Source: Hyphomicrobiales bacterium (GTDB lineage Bacteria > Pseudomonadota > Alphaproteobacteria > MED-G09). From it: DNA of 64,000 nucleotides. This document shows positions 8,853 to 19,168 of the stretch, piece by piece. The notes under the pieces are model-generated. The model made no database searches. It saw only the letters and a program-made list of their open reading frames with translations, and was not told where the DNA came from. The stretch lies in the NCBI GenBank assembly GCA_028339975.1, contig JAOLDG010000002.1, positions 8,302-72,301 of the forward strand. Reading direction: 5' to 3'. The stretch's first letter is position 1. Each line of letters begins with the position of its first letter. Position numbers and translations under genes: made by a program.

Positions 8853-10793
8853 TTATAAATTAAACTCTTTGTAGAGATTAGCTTTTTCTCTAATAAACTC
8901 AAATCTTAGCTCTGGTTTATTTCCCATTAGGTCGGTAATAGTTTTTTGAGTTGTTTCTTTATCATTATTAGGAATTATAACCCTCAGCAAAGTTCTATTA
9001 CCAGGAAGCATTGTTGTTTCTTTTAATTGCGCAGGCATCATTTCTCCAAGACCTTTAAATCTATTTATTTCAATTTTATTTGATCTGTTAAAATTCTTTT
9101 CAATAACAGCCTCCCTATGCTCATCATCACGAGCATAATAAGTTTTTCCTTTCTGAGTTAATTTATACAAAGGGGGAACTGCGATAAATAATTTGCCTTC
9201 ATAAATAATAGAAGGAATTTCTTCATGAAAAAAAGTAATTAAAAGAGAAGCTATATGAGCACCGTCTACATCTGCATCCGTCATTATAATTATTTTTTCA
9301 TATCTGAGATCTTTTTCTTGATAAGCCTCTCTAAGTCCGCACCCAAGAGCTAAAACTAAATCAGCTATTTGTTGATTTTCTCTTATTTTTGTCTGATTTG
9401 AGTTTGCAACATTTAGTATCTTTCCTCGTAGTGGAAGGATGGCTTGAAATTTTCTATCGCGAGCCTGTTTCGCTGAACCACCTGCGCTATCACCTTCAAC
9501 AATAAATAGTTCAGTACCTTCTTTGCTAGTTTGAGAACAGTCAGAGAGCTTTCCAGGTAATCTTATCTTTCTGATAGCGGTCTTTCTCGAAGTTTCTTTT
9601 TCTTGACGTCTTTTAAGTCTCTCTTCTGTAAAACTTATAATCCATTGTAGTAAGCGTTCTGATTGCTGTGGAGAGTTTGAGAGCCAATTTTCAAATCTAT
9701 CCTTAACAGCATTCTCAACAAATTTTTGAGCTGATGTATTTGATAACTTATCTTTGGTTTGACCTTGGAACTTTGGGTTAGGTATAAAAAGAGAGATTAC
9801 GGCTACCATTGATTTCGCTATATCATCTGAATTAATAGTTAATCCTTTTTTATTTCCTATTCTTTCAGAATGAGATCTTAGCGCTTTAAGTAAGCCATTT
9901 TTTAGCCCTAATTCATGTGTTCCGCCGTCTGGCGTAGGTACGGTATTGCAGTATGAGTTTAAAAATCCATCAGAGCTCATTGACCAATTTACAGCCCACT
10001 CAATTGAATTATTTTTAGCATCCTTTTCTTTTTTTCCAGTAAAAGATTCTTGTGCTACAAAAGTAGAATCTTTTACTTCATTAGCTAAAAAGTCTTCAAG
10101 GCCTTTTGAGAAATTAAATACCTCTGATGTAGGAGTATTATTTTCATTAGCTACTAACTCATTGCAAGTCCATCGAATTTCTATACCTGCAAAAAGATAA
10201 GCTTTTGATTTGCAAAAATTATAAAGTTTTTCAATATTAAATTTTAAATTTTTATCAAAAATATCTTCATCAGGTTTAAAGGATATTTTTGTACCTTTTT
10301 TGTTAGTTTTTTGTTCTAGCTTTTTAATTTTTTGATCAGGCACACCCCTTATGTATTTTTGAAAATAAATATTCTTATCTCTATAAACCTCTACTTCTAA
10401 GATTTCGGATAAAGCATTAACAACACTTATGCCTACACCATGCAAACCTCCAGACGTTTGGTATACTTTATTATTAAATTTACCACCCGCATGGAGTGTT
10501 GTTAAAATTACCTCTAAAGCTGATTTTTTTGGATATTTTGGGTGTTTATCAATTGGAATTCCTCTGCCATTATCTGAAACTGTTATTTTATTGTCTAAGC
10601 CTACACTTACCTCTATGAATGTTGCAAATCCAGCAACAGCTTCATCCATAGAGTTATCAATAACCTCAGCAAACAAGTGATGCATTCCATTACGATCAGT
10701 GCCTCCAATATACATCCCTGGGCGCTTTCTTACAGGCTCTAATCCTTCAAGAACTTCTATATCTGAAGCGTTATATGTTGCTTTTGATGACAA
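8853..10793 (-). CDS. parE: Type IIA topoisomerase ATPase subunit, most likely topoisomerase IV subunit B (ParE) by length
   Basis: 646 aa with GHKL ATPase motifs, a TOPRIM domain (EGDSAGG) and a PLRGKILNV motif. It is too short for GyrB (about 800 aa), which favours ParE. Confidence 0.8.
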   Translation of the reverse strand: MSSKATYNASDIEVLEGLEPVRKRPGMYIGGTDRNGMHHLFAEVIDNSMDEAVAGFATFIEVSVGLDNKITVSDNGRGIPIDKHPKYPKKSALEVILTTLHAGGKFNNKVYQTSGGLHGVGISVVNALSEILEVEVYRDKNIYFQKYIRGVPDQKIKKLEQKTNKKGTKISFKPDEDIFDKNLKFNIEKLYNFCKSKAYLFAGIEIRWTCNELVANENNTPTSEVFNFSKGLEDFLANEVKDSTFVAQESFTGKKEKDAKNNSIEWAVNWSMSSDGFLNSYCNTVPTPDGGTHELGLKNGLLKALRSHSERIGNKKGLTINSDDIAKSMVAVISLFIPNPKFQGQTKDKLSNTSAQKFVENAVKDRFENWLSNSPQQSERLLQWIISFTEERLKRRQEKETSRKTAIRKIRLPGKLSDCSQTSKEGTELFIVEGDSAGGSAKQARDRKFQAILPLRGKILNVANSNQTKIRENQQIADLVLALGCGLREAYQEKDLRYEKIIIMTDADVDGAHIASLLITFFHEEIPSIIYEGKLFIAVPPLYKLTQKGKTYYARDDEHREAVIEKNFNRSNKIEINRFKGLGEMMPAQLKETTMLPGNRTLLRVIIPNNDKETTQKTITDLMGNKPELRFEFIREKANLYKEFNL

Positions 10794-10880
10794 ATTAGAC
10801 CCAAATAAAATAAATAATTTAAAAACTTAAAAAGTATTAAACCATCATTACGTTAAACACATACGATTCGTAATCCTTAA

Positions 10881-10912
10881 TTAAAAAAATAGCCCTCATA
10901 AAGGGCTATTTA
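10881..10912 (-). terminator. Rho-independent terminator downstream of glnII
   Basis: Perfect inverted repeat aaatagccc-tcataaa-gggctattt at 10888-10912. On the minus strand it is followed by a run of seven U residues. Confidence 0.7.
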
Positions 10913-10936
10913 TTAATAAAAATTATTTTATTTAAA

Positions 10937-11911
10937 TTATTTTGTAAGAGTACCAATTATATGATTGATTATTTTATAAGGATCAGCATTTGAGGCTGGT
11001 CTTCTGTCTTCCAGATACCCATTCCAATTATGCTCAACTGTATATATCGGAATACGAATACTTGCACCACGATCACTAACACCATAAGAAAAATCGGTAA
11101 TTTTTTGAGTCTCATGTAACCCAGTTAATCTTTGATCGTTATCTGAGCCGTAATTAGATATTGCGTCATGATGAACTTTACCAAGTTTATCACACATTGA
11201 GGTATACAGTTCTTCAGTTCCATTTTCTCTCATTTCTTTATTAGAGAAGTTACTATGCATACCAGATCCATTCCAGTCACCTGATTGAGGTTTAGGGTGA
11301 ATATTCACTGAAACATCAAAATCTTCAGCAACTTTGTGAAGAAGGTATCTACTCATCCAAAGATCATCGCCAGCCTTAACTCCTTTTCCAAGGCACTGAT
11401 ATTCCCACTGTCCAAGTGCAACCTCAGCATTAGTACCTGTAAGTTCAATGCCTGCCTCTAAGCATGATTCAAGGTGTGCCTCTGAAATATCTCTACCTTT
11501 TACATTTGCAGCACCTACACCACAATAATATTCACCTTGAGGTTTGTTGGGAATTCCATCTTCCCAGCCCAGTATTGTTCCATCTGGGTTTGTAAGAAAA
11601 TATTCTTGTTCGAAGCCAAACCACCATTCGTCAGAAGCAACATTTGCCGCAGCAGCTCTAGTATTTGTTGGGTGAGTTTCATGCTCACCAGTATGAACCT
11701 GACACATTACGAGTTTATCGCCATAGAGAGGGTTGGTATATTCTTGAACAGGCAAAAGCAAACAGTCGGAACTTCCGCCCTCTGCTTGTTGAGTGGATGA
11801 TCCATCAAATGACCAATCTGGTGGCGATGTTTCTCTAGTTACCTTTACTTTACTTCTTAAAAATGGTTCTGGCTTGTATCCGTCTAACCAAACATATTCA
11901 TACTTTATCAT
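10937..11911 (-). CDS. glnII: Glutamine synthetase type II (eukaryote-like GSII)
   Basis: 324 aa with a GSII-type N-terminus (MIKYEYVWLDG...) and the GSII signature EYYCGVGA. The length matches rhizobial GlnII (about 330 aa). Confidence 0.8.
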   Translation of the reverse strand: MIKYEYVWLDGYKPEPFLRSKVKVTRETSPPDWSFDGSSTQQAEGGSSDCLLLPVQEYTNPLYGDKLVMCQVHTGEHETHPTNTRAAAANVASDEWWFGFEQEYFLTNPDGTILGWEDGIPNKPQGEYYCGVGAANVKGRDISEAHLESCLEAGIELTGTNAEVALGQWEYQCLGKGVKAGDDLWMSRYLLHKVAEDFDVSVNIHPKPQSGDWNGSGMHSNFSNKEMRENGTEELYTSMCDKLGKVHHDAISNYGSDNDQRLTGLHETQKITDFSYGVSDRGASIRIPIYTVEHNWNGYLEDRRPASNADPYKIINHIIGTLTK

Positions 11912-12112
11912 TAAGTCTTCTCCTTGTTTAATTTAAAAAGCTATATTTTTTATACTGTTAATACTTGAATAATATTTTGATAAGAAACCATTATTTAAAA
12001 AATTACTAGCCCTTAAATTACTATAAATGAATATTTTTTAATAGAAGTTACACATACTACACATAAGTATTTTACACACTATTATATAAAGACTTTTTAT
12101 TAATAATTTTAC

Positions 12113-12469
<357 letters not shown>

Positions 12470-12619
12470 TTAGTTAAATATTAGTTATTAAAAGCAATAA
12501 ACATGCCATTTAGTATTAATTTCAATATTTTATTTTTAAATAATTAATTATATTTTTATTTCTATAAATATAAATTATCAATATACAATATATTTGCTAA
12601 AATTTTATAAGGAAATACT

Positions 12620-14152
12620 ATGATAAACCCAAGAACGCCAGTTTTAGTTGGTTCAGGTCAAGTTACTCAAAAAATTAATAACCCTTCTGAAGCTAAAGAT
12701 CCTATCGATTTAATGCGAGAATCATCATTAATGGCGATTAAAGATACCTCAATTGAAGATTTAAGCGATTATATTGATAGTGTAGTTACTGTAAGGTTTA
12801 TTTTTGATTCAGGCGCCGGGTCTAGACCTCCCTTTAGTATTTATAAAAACCCCCCTAAATCTCTCGCTGATCGTCTCGGAATAAAGGATGCCAAAACTTT
12901 TTATGGACCAACCGGAGGAAATACTCCGCAATATCTATTAAATATTATGGCTGAAAAGATAAGTCAGGGGGAGAGTGATATTGTTCTTTTATCTGGTTCA
13001 GAGTGTTTCTCAACTATGAAAAAAGCTTCAAAACAGGGAATAAAGACTGGTTGGGGTGAAGATTCAGGTGGTAATAGGATTGACTTGGGGTATGAAAAAG
13101 CAGGCGGAACAGACAATGAAATGAAACATGGAATCGCCTTTCCTGTAAATGTGTATCCTCTATTTGAGACGGCAATAAGAGGAAGAATGGGTCACTCTAT
13201 CGAAGAGCATCAAAATTACCTAGGAGAATTATTTACGCCTTTTACAAAAGTTGCAAAAGCTCATCCAAATGCTTGGTTTCCAATTGAAAGATCCGCTAAT
13301 GAAATTTCTACTGTCTCTGAAGTTAATAGATATATTGGCTATCCCTACACAAAATACATGAATGCAATCATGGAGGTTGATCAGGCTTCATCACTAATTA
13401 TGATGACCGAAGAAAAGGCTGATTATTTCTCAATACCGAAAGAAAAAAGAATTTACCTTCACGGATGTGCTGATATTAACGAGGTTTGGAATGTTACTGA
13501 AAGACCAGAGTTACATAGGTCAAAAGCAATAAGGGTGATGGGCGAAAAGGCTTTTAAAATGTCAGGTTGGAATATAGATCAAATTGATTTTTTTGATTTA
13601 TACTCATGCTTTCCGAGCATGGTTGAGTTAGGAAGAGAGGCTCTGGATATTGGAAGAAAAGATCCAAGAAACCTTACCGTGACAGGAGGCCTGCCATATT
13701 TTGGTGGAGCTGGAAATAATTATGTAACTCATTCAATAGCTACATTGATGGATAAGTTAAGAAGTAAACCTGGCTCTAAAGGGCTTTGTACATCAAATGG
13801 CTGGTTTGCAACTAAACACGGAATAGGGCTTTACTCTTCTGAGCCATTTGAGGGCGAATGGAAGAGAGAGGATCCAAAAATTTATCAGCAAGATATTGAT
13901 TTAATGGAAAGACCAGAAGTCGATGAAGAACCTTCTGGTGATGGAAAAATTGAAACATACACTGTTGCAAATGGAAGAAGTGGTCCTGAGATGGGAATAG
14001 TCATTGGAAGACTCAATTCAACTAACGACAGGTTCATTGCTATAACGCACAAAGATAGTGATCTGGATTCTTTAATAAACGAAGAGTGTCTTGAAAGGGA
14101 TTGTAAAGTTAAGCAGGTAGACGGTGGCTTTAGTATAGTTAATTTGAAATAA
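12620..14152 (+). CDS. Thiolase-like (SCP-x/lipid-transfer family) protein with a C-terminal OB-fold (DUF35-like) extension. Function is uncertain.
   Basis: 510 aa. The N-terminal 400 aa or so resemble thiolase-fold enzymes (GSGQV..., LLSGSECFS). The C-terminal 100 aa or so resemble DUF35/OB-fold partner domains. No close characterized family is recognized from sequence alone. Confidence 0.35.
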   Translation: MINPRTPVLVGSGQVTQKINNPSEAKDPIDLMRESSLMAIKDTSIEDLSDYIDSVVTVRFIFDSGAGSRPPFSIYKNPPKSLADRLGIKDAKTFYGPTGGNTPQYLLNIMAEKISQGESDIVLLSGSECFSTMKKASKQGIKTGWGEDSGGNRIDLGYEKAGGTDNEMKHGIAFPVNVYPLFETAIRGRMGHSIEEHQNYLGELFTPFTKVAKAHPNAWFPIERSANEISTVSEVNRYIGYPYTKYMNAIMEVDQASSLIMMTEEKADYFSIPKEKRIYLHGCADINEVWNVTERPELHRSKAIRVMGEKAFKMSGWNIDQIDFFDLYSCFPSMVELGREALDIGRKDPRNLTVTGGLPYFGGAGNNYVTHSIATLMDKLRSKPGSKGLCTSNGWFATKHGIGLYSSEPFEGEWKREDPKIYQQDIDLMERPEVDEEPSGDGKIETYTVANGRSGPEMGIVIGRLNSTNDRFIAITHKDSDLDSLINEECLERDCKVKQVDGGFSIVNLK

Positions 14153-14730
14153 TGGTTAATATTTTTTTAATTCGTCACGGCAAAGCATCTTCTGGATGGA
14201 ATTCTTTAGACCCTAGCCTTGATAGCGAAGGTGAGAGGCAATCAAGAGAGGTATCCAAAAAGCTTTTAAATTATTCATCAAAGGATTTTGATATTTTTTC
14301 AAGTCCAATGATGAGGTGCAGGCAAACTTCAGAACCTTTTTGTAAAAAAACTAAAAAAGAAATAATCGTCGATAGAAAGGTTTCTGAAATTCCTTCACCA
14401 ATAAATGATTTAGACAAAAGAGTTGTTTGGCTAAGAAGGGTCTTACCTTTAAATTGGGAAGACCTTATGAAGGATAAAGATTCAGATGCCTCAGGTATAG
14501 ACTATCGAATATGGAGATCAGATATAATTGAATTTTTGAAAGGACTTAAAAATGATGCATTTATTTTTACTCATTTTGTTGTAATTAATTCTGTTGTAAG
14601 TTTCTTAAAAAAAAGAGATGAAGTTGTTTCTTTTAATCCAGATAATACCTCTGTTACACATTTAAAATATGACGGAAAATTATTAAAAATTATTTCACTT
14701 GGAGCTGAGTCTGTTACAAAAATTAACTAA
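14152..14730 (+). CDS. Histidine phosphatase family protein (SixA/PGAM-like)
   Basis: 192 aa. The N-terminal RHG catalytic motif (LIRHGKASSGW) is typical of the phosphoglycerate-mutase-like histidine phosphatase superfamily. Confidence 0.7.
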   Translation: MVNIFLIRHGKASSGWNSLDPSLDSEGERQSREVSKKLLNYSSKDFDIFSSPMMRCRQTSEPFCKKTKKEIIVDRKVSEIPSPINDLDKRVVWLRRVLPLNWEDLMKDKDSDASGIDYRIWRSDIIEFLKGLKNDAFIFTHFVVINSVVSFLKKRDEVVSFNPDNTSVTHLKYDGKLLKIISLGAESVTKIN

Positions 14731-14775
14731 ATTTATACATACAGATGATTGCTCAAGACCATGAATCAATAAAAC

Positions 14776-15297
14776 TTGGAGAAGTTTATGGAAAATTTTA
14801 AAATTACAAGTCTTAGTGAGAGAGATATTGAAGGAATTAACAAGCTTTATAATAAATATATTAATGAAACTGCTTTTACTTTTGACATCAAAGAAAAGAC
14901 CTATGACGAAAAGAAAGAATGGTCCAAAACTTTTAAAGAGAATAGCCCTTATCAGTGTTTAGTTGCCTACGATAACAACAATCTAGTTGGTTTTGTTAGC
15001 TCTAGACCTTTTAGAGAGAAAGAGGCTTATTTTTCATCAGTTGAAACCAGTATTTATATAGATAGGGATTATATTGGAAATGGGTACGGTAAGAATTTAT
15101 TAAAAGAGCTTTTTAATAGAATTTCTAGTTTTGGAGTTTTAAAGGCATATGCCTTTATTACCAAACCAAACGATATGTCTGAAAAGTTGCATATTTCCAT
15201 AGGGTTTAATCATATTGGCACTTTAAATAAGGTGGGCAAAAAATTTGGGAAATACTGGGATGTTGGACTTTTTGAACTATCACTTCCAATTAAATGA
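14776..15297 (+). CDS. GNAT-family N-acetyltransferase
   Basis: 173 aa with GNAT motif A-like segments (LVGFVSS..., IGNGYGKNLLKEL). Confidence 0.65.
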   Translation: MEKFMENFKITSLSERDIEGINKLYNKYINETAFTFDIKEKTYDEKKEWSKTFKENSPYQCLVAYDNNNLVGFVSSRPFREKEAYFSSVETSIYIDRDYIGNGYGKNLLKELFNRISSFGVLKAYAFITKPNDMSEKLHISIGFNHIGTLNKVGKKFGKYWDVGLFELSLPIK

Positions 15298-15349
15298 TTA
15301 TTACTCTAGATATTCTCTAAATCTACTGTTAAAAACCGATAGTATTTTC

Positions 15350-15434
15350 GCGGGCGTGGTGGAATTGGTAGACACGCAGGTTTTAGGTACCTGTGCCGCA
15401 AGGCGTGGGGGTTCAACTCCCTCCGCCCGCACCA
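15350..15434 (+). tRNA. tRNA-Leu (anticodon UAG), encoded CCA end
   Basis: 85 nt with a 7-bp acceptor stem (GCGGGCG/CGCCCGC) and an anticodon stem CAGGT/ACCTG around loop TTTAGGT (anticodon TAG). It has a long variable arm (class II tRNA) and a T-arm GGTTCAACTCC. Confidence 0.9.
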
Positions 15435-15455
15435 ATAATTGTATGAGAGCAAAAA

Positions 15456-16946
15456 ATGGAAGTTAAAGAACTAAAAGCAAAAGGATTAAAAAGAGAGTTT
15501 TCAATAACTATAAAATCTGAGGTTATTAAAAATTTAAAAGCAAAAAAACTTGAAGAAATTGCCTCTAAAGCAAAAATTGACGGCTTTCGTCCAGGAAAGG
15601 TTCCTTCTGCACATATCGAAAAGCTATATGGTCAGAGTGTGATCGTTGAAGTTATTGAAGAAAATGTCTCTAAGGCATCTCAAGATGTTTTGGAGGAAAG
15701 AAATCTCAAAGCTGCAGTTAAGCCAGATGTAAAGTTAGACTCTGAAATGACTGATGTTATTGAAAAGGGAAAGGATCTTTCCTTTACAATGAATTGCGAG
15801 GTTCTACCTGAAATTGAAATTACTGATTTTAGTAAAATTACACTTGATAATCCAGTTTCTGAACCACAAGAAAAAGATATTAATGATGCTCTTGAATACC
15901 TAGCAAAACAAAATAAAGTTTATAATGGTGCCTCTGATTCTACTAAAGCGAAAGATGGCGATCAAGTTACAATGAATTATTTAGGTAAAATTGACGGTGT
16001 TGCCTTTGATGGAGGAGCTGCAAACGATGCAAATTTAATTTTGGGATCAAAGAGCTTTATTGATAATTTTGAAGAGCAATTAATTGGTTTAAAAAAAGGT
16101 GATAAAAAGGTTGTGAATGTTAAGTTCCCCGAAAATTACCAAAGTTCTGATTTAGCGAATAAAGAAGCATCATTTGATGTAAAAATAAAGTTAGTCTCAA
16201 ACCCTAAAGAATCAAAGATTAATGATGATTTAGCTAAAAGTCTTGGTATGGAAGATTTAAAGAAATTAAAAGATAGCCTTAAGGATAGAATTAAACAAGA
16301 TTTTGATTCTGCTTCTAGAAATAAGCTCAAGGATAGTCTTCTTGAGGCTTTAGAAAAAAAACATAGTTTTGAGCTTCCTGAGAGTATGGTTAACCAAGAA
16401 TTTGATCAAATGTGGCGCCAACTTGAACAGCAACTTGAGAGTCAAAAAAAGGAATTAAAGGATCTCGAGATAAGCGAAAAAGAAATAAAGAAAAATTATA
16501 AAGAGATATCAGAAAAAAGAGTTTGCACAGGCCTATTAATTGCAGAAATCGGACAGGTAAATAATATCCAGCTTGAGGATAATGATATTAATAAAGCCCT
16601 TCAAATGGAAATGCAAAAATATCCCGGTCAAGAAAAAGAAATATTAGATTATTATCAAAAAAATAATGATGCGATAAGACAGCTTTCGGCACCTTTATTT
16701 GAAGACAAAGTGATTGATTTTGTTCTTGAAAAGGTAAAGCTGAAAGATGTAAAGGTTTCAAGAGAAGATTTATTTGATGCAGGAGCAAAAGCCAAACCTA
16801 ATACAAAAGCCAAACCTAAGGCAAAAGCCAAACCTAAGGCAAAAGCCAAAGCCAAAGCCAAACCTAAAGCAAAAGCCAAACCTATAGCAAAGTCAAAAGA
16901 TACAAAAAAATCTATAGAAAAAAGCAAAGGTTCAAAGGGTAAATAA
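15456..16946 (+). CDS. tig: Trigger factor (ribosome-associated PPIase chaperone) with a C-terminal Lys/Ala/Pro-rich repeat tail
   Basis: 496 aa. The first 440 aa or so are a canonical trigger factor (N-terminal ribosome-binding domain, FKBP domain, C-terminal arm). The last 55 aa or so form a KAKP repeat (AKPNTKAKPKAKAKPKAKAKAKAKPKAKAKPIAK...). It is encoded by an 18-nt tandem DNA repeat at about 16787-16893. Confidence 0.9.
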   Translation: MEVKELKAKGLKREFSITIKSEVIKNLKAKKLEEIASKAKIDGFRPGKVPSAHIEKLYGQSVIVEVIEENVSKASQDVLEERNLKAAVKPDVKLDSEMTDVIEKGKDLSFTMNCEVLPEIEITDFSKITLDNPVSEPQEKDINDALEYLAKQNKVYNGASDSTKAKDGDQVTMNYLGKIDGVAFDGGAANDANLILGSKSFIDNFEEQLIGLKKGDKKVVNVKFPENYQSSDLANKEASFDVKIKLVSNPKESKINDDLAKSLGMEDLKKLKDSLKDRIKQDFDSASRNKLKDSLLEALEKKHSFELPESMVNQEFDQMWRQLEQQLESQKKELKDLEISEKEIKKNYKEISEKRVCTGLLIAEIGQVNNIQLEDNDINKALQMEMQKYPGQEKEILDYYQKNNDAIRQLSAPLFEDKVIDFVLEKVKLKDVKVSREDLFDAGAKAKPNTKAKPKAKAKPKAKAKAKAKPKAKAKPIAKSKDTKKSIEKSKGSKGK

Positions 16947-17061
16947 TTAATTAAATCATTTAAATTATGATATTTTGTTATTTAATTGTTTTAAATTATT
17001 GTACTGAGCAATTGTCTAAAAATTATTCTTTTCTAGGAAAAAAGATTTTTTAAAGTTTTAA

Positions 17062-17092
17062 CTTTGCATATTAATAGAATTATCCCATATAT
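17062..17092 (+). promoter_or_regulatory. Candidate sigma-32 (RpoH) promoter of clpP-clpX
   Basis: -35-like CTTTGCA (17062-17068) and -10-like CCCATATAT (17084-17092) with 15-nt spacing, compared with consensus CTTGAAA-N13-15-CCCCATnT. The predicted transcription start is around 17099. Confidence 0.4.
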
Positions 17093-17116
17093 ATTAATAT
17101 GACCAAGGAAATTAGC

Positions 17117-17752
17117 ATGAATGATAATAATAGGCCTACCGGAAATCTCATTCCAATGGTTGTTGAGCAATCAAATAGGGGTGAAAGAGCTTATGATATA
17201 TATTCTCGCCTTTTAAAGGAAAGAATTATATTTGTTACTGGTCCAGTTGAAGATTATATGGCCAGTGTTATTATTGCTCAATTATTATTTCTTGAAGCTG
17301 AAAATCCAAAGAAAGAAATATCCATGTATATAAATTCACCTGGTGGAGTTGTTTCCTCAGGTTTGGCTATTTATGATACCATGCAATATATAAAGCCAGA
17401 GGTCTCTACGCTTTGCATTGGCCAAGCTGCATCTATGGGAAGTCTTCTTCTTGCAGCAGGGGCGCCTAATAAAAGATTTTCCTTGCCAAACTCTAGAGTA
17501 ATGGTTCACCAGCCTTCTGGAGGGTTTCAAGGTCAGGCATCTGATATTGAAAGGCACGCACAAGAAATTTTATCTTTAAGATCAAGATTAAATGATATTT
17601 ATGTCAAGCATACCGGTCAGAATCTAAAATCAATTGAAAAAGCTTTAGATAGAGATACTTTTATGACCGCTAGCGACTCTAAAGAATTTGGTATAATAGA
17701 TAAAGTTGTTGATAGTAGAGAGCTATCGTCTGACGAAAAAGAGAAAAGTTAA
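17117..17752 (+). CDS. clpP: ATP-dependent Clp protease proteolytic subunit. The ORF track starts at 17099, but the downstream ATG at 17117 with an AGGAAA ribosome-binding site is more likely.
   Basis: The sequence aligns with mature E. coli ClpP ([29 protein letters not shown]). The catalytic Ser is in GQAASMGS and the His in MVHQP. Confidence 0.92.
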   Translation: MNDNNRPTGNLIPMVVEQSNRGERAYDIYSRLLKERIIFVTGPVEDYMASVIIAQLLFLEAENPKKEISMYINSPGGVVSSGLAIYDTMQYIKPEVSTLCIGQAASMGSLLLAAGAPNKRFSLPNSRVMVHQPSGGFQGQASDIERHAQEILSLRSRLNDIYVKHTGQNLKSIEKALDRDTFMTASDSKEFGIIDKVVDSRELSSDEKEKS

Positions 17753-17778
17753 ATAAAAACTAATTAAGGTATTTATAA

Positions 17779-19050
17779 ATGAGTAAAATAAGTGACAGCG
17801 GAGATTCAAAAAATACACTATTTTGTAGTTTCTGTGGAAAAAGCCAACACGAAGTTAAAAAGCTTATAGCTGGACCAACCGTTTTTATATGTGACGAGTG
17901 TGTTGAGCTGTGTATGGATATAATTCAGGAAGAAGCAAAGAACTATGATGAAAAATCTGTAGGAAGTGTTCCGCCCCCTGAAGAAATTTATAATGTTTTA
18001 GATGATTATGTTATAGGGCAGCTTCGAGCAAAGAAAGTTTTATCAGTAGCGGTTCATAATCATTATAAGAGGCTCGAATGTGAAACTAAAAAAGATGATG
18101 TTGAGCTGGCGAAATCAAATATTCTATTACTTGGTCCAACAGGATGTGGAAAAACACTTTTAGCTCAAACATTAGCTAGAATTCTTGATGTACCTTTTAC
18201 AATGGCTGACGCAACTACGCTCACTGAAGCTGGGTATGTTGGCGAAGATGTAGAAAATATAATTTTAAAACTTTTACAGGCAGCTGATTATAATGTTGAG
18301 CGAGCTCAAAGAGGTATTGTCTATATCGATGAGGTTGATAAAATTACAAGGAAATCTGATAATCCATCTATTACTAGAGATGTTTCAGGTGAAGGAGTTC
18401 AACAAGCATTATTAAAAATAATGGAAGGTACTGTTGCGTCAGTTCCACCTCAAGGAGGAAGGAAACATCCCCAACAAGAGTTTTTGCAAGTTGATACTAC
18501 CAATATACTATTTATTTGTGGTGGGGCTTTTGATGGAATTCAGAATATCATTTCTGAGAGAGGATCTAAACGTTCTGTAGGATTTGGAGCAGAAGTTAAG
18601 GAAAAGGACGATAGAAGGACTGGAGAAATTTTAAAAGATCTTCAACCTAAGGATCTTCTAAGATTTGGTCTTATTCCTGAATTTATAGGAAGATTACCAG
18701 TTTGCGCCTCACTTGAAGACTTAGATGAGGATTCTCTTATTAGGATACTTACTGAACCTAAAAATGCAGTTGTTAAGCAGTATAAGAAATTATTTGATAT
18801 GGAGGATGTTAAATTAAAATTTTCTGATGATGCTCTATTGGCGATTGCTAAAAAGACTATGTCATACTCAACTGGAGCTAGAGGGCTTAGGTCGGTTATT
18901 GAAAATATTTTACTTGATACTATGTTCGAGATACCTGGTAAACCCGATGTATCAGAAGTAGTTATTTCCGGTGAAGTTGTTGAAGGTAAATCTTCTCCTC
19001 TGTATATTTATGCAGAAGAAGATAAGAAAAAAGAAAAAAAAGCTCTTTAA
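17779..19050 (+). CDS. clpX: ATP-dependent Clp protease ATP-binding subunit ClpX
   Basis: 423 aa with an N-terminal zinc-binding C4 motif (CSFCGK...CDEC), Walker A (GPTGCGKT) and the ClpP-docking IGF loop (EFIGRLP). Confidence 0.95.
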   Translation: MSKISDSGDSKNTLFCSFCGKSQHEVKKLIAGPTVFICDECVELCMDIIQEEAKNYDEKSVGSVPPPEEIYNVLDDYVIGQLRAKKVLSVAVHNHYKRLECETKKDDVELAKSNILLLGPTGCGKTLLAQTLARILDVPFTMADATTLTEAGYVGEDVENIILKLLQAADYNVERAQRGIVYIDEVDKITRKSDNPSITRDVSGEGVQQALLKIMEGTVASVPPQGGRKHPQQEFLQVDTTNILFICGGAFDGIQNIISERGSKRSVGFGAEVKEKDDRRTGEILKDLQPKDLLRFGLIPEFIGRLPVCASLEDLDEDSLIRILTEPKNAVVKQYKKLFDMEDVKLKFSDDALLAIAKKTMSYSTGARGLRSVIENILLDTMFEIPGKPDVSEVVISGEVVEGKSSPLYIYAEEDKKKEKKAL

Positions 19051-19073
19051 TTTAATTTTCTAACATTATCCCT

Positions 19074-19104
19074 CTTGATACTTACTAATTTAGGTCCATA
19101 TAAT
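19074..19104 (+). promoter_or_regulatory. Candidate sigma-32 (RpoH) promoter of lon
   Basis: -35-like TCTTGAT (19074-19080) and -10-like TCCATATAAT (19095-19104) with 14-nt spacing. This matches the heat-shock promoter consensus. Confidence 0.4.
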
Positions 19105-19168
19105 ATATATGCGTAAGATTCTTTTTTGTAAAAGTATCTAAATCTTAATATAGTTATATGGACAAATC

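Noticed and set aside
15245-15466. 73-aa ORF overlapping the tRNA-Leu gene
   Set aside because: It lies on top of a well-formed tRNA and an intergenic region and has no recognizable motifs. It is a spurious ORF from read-through of AT-rich sequence.
16655-16927. 90-aa minus-strand ORF rich in LAFALGLA repeats
   Set aside because: It is simply the antisense reading of the KAKP-encoding tandem repeat at the 3' end of tig. It is an artefact of repeat symmetry.
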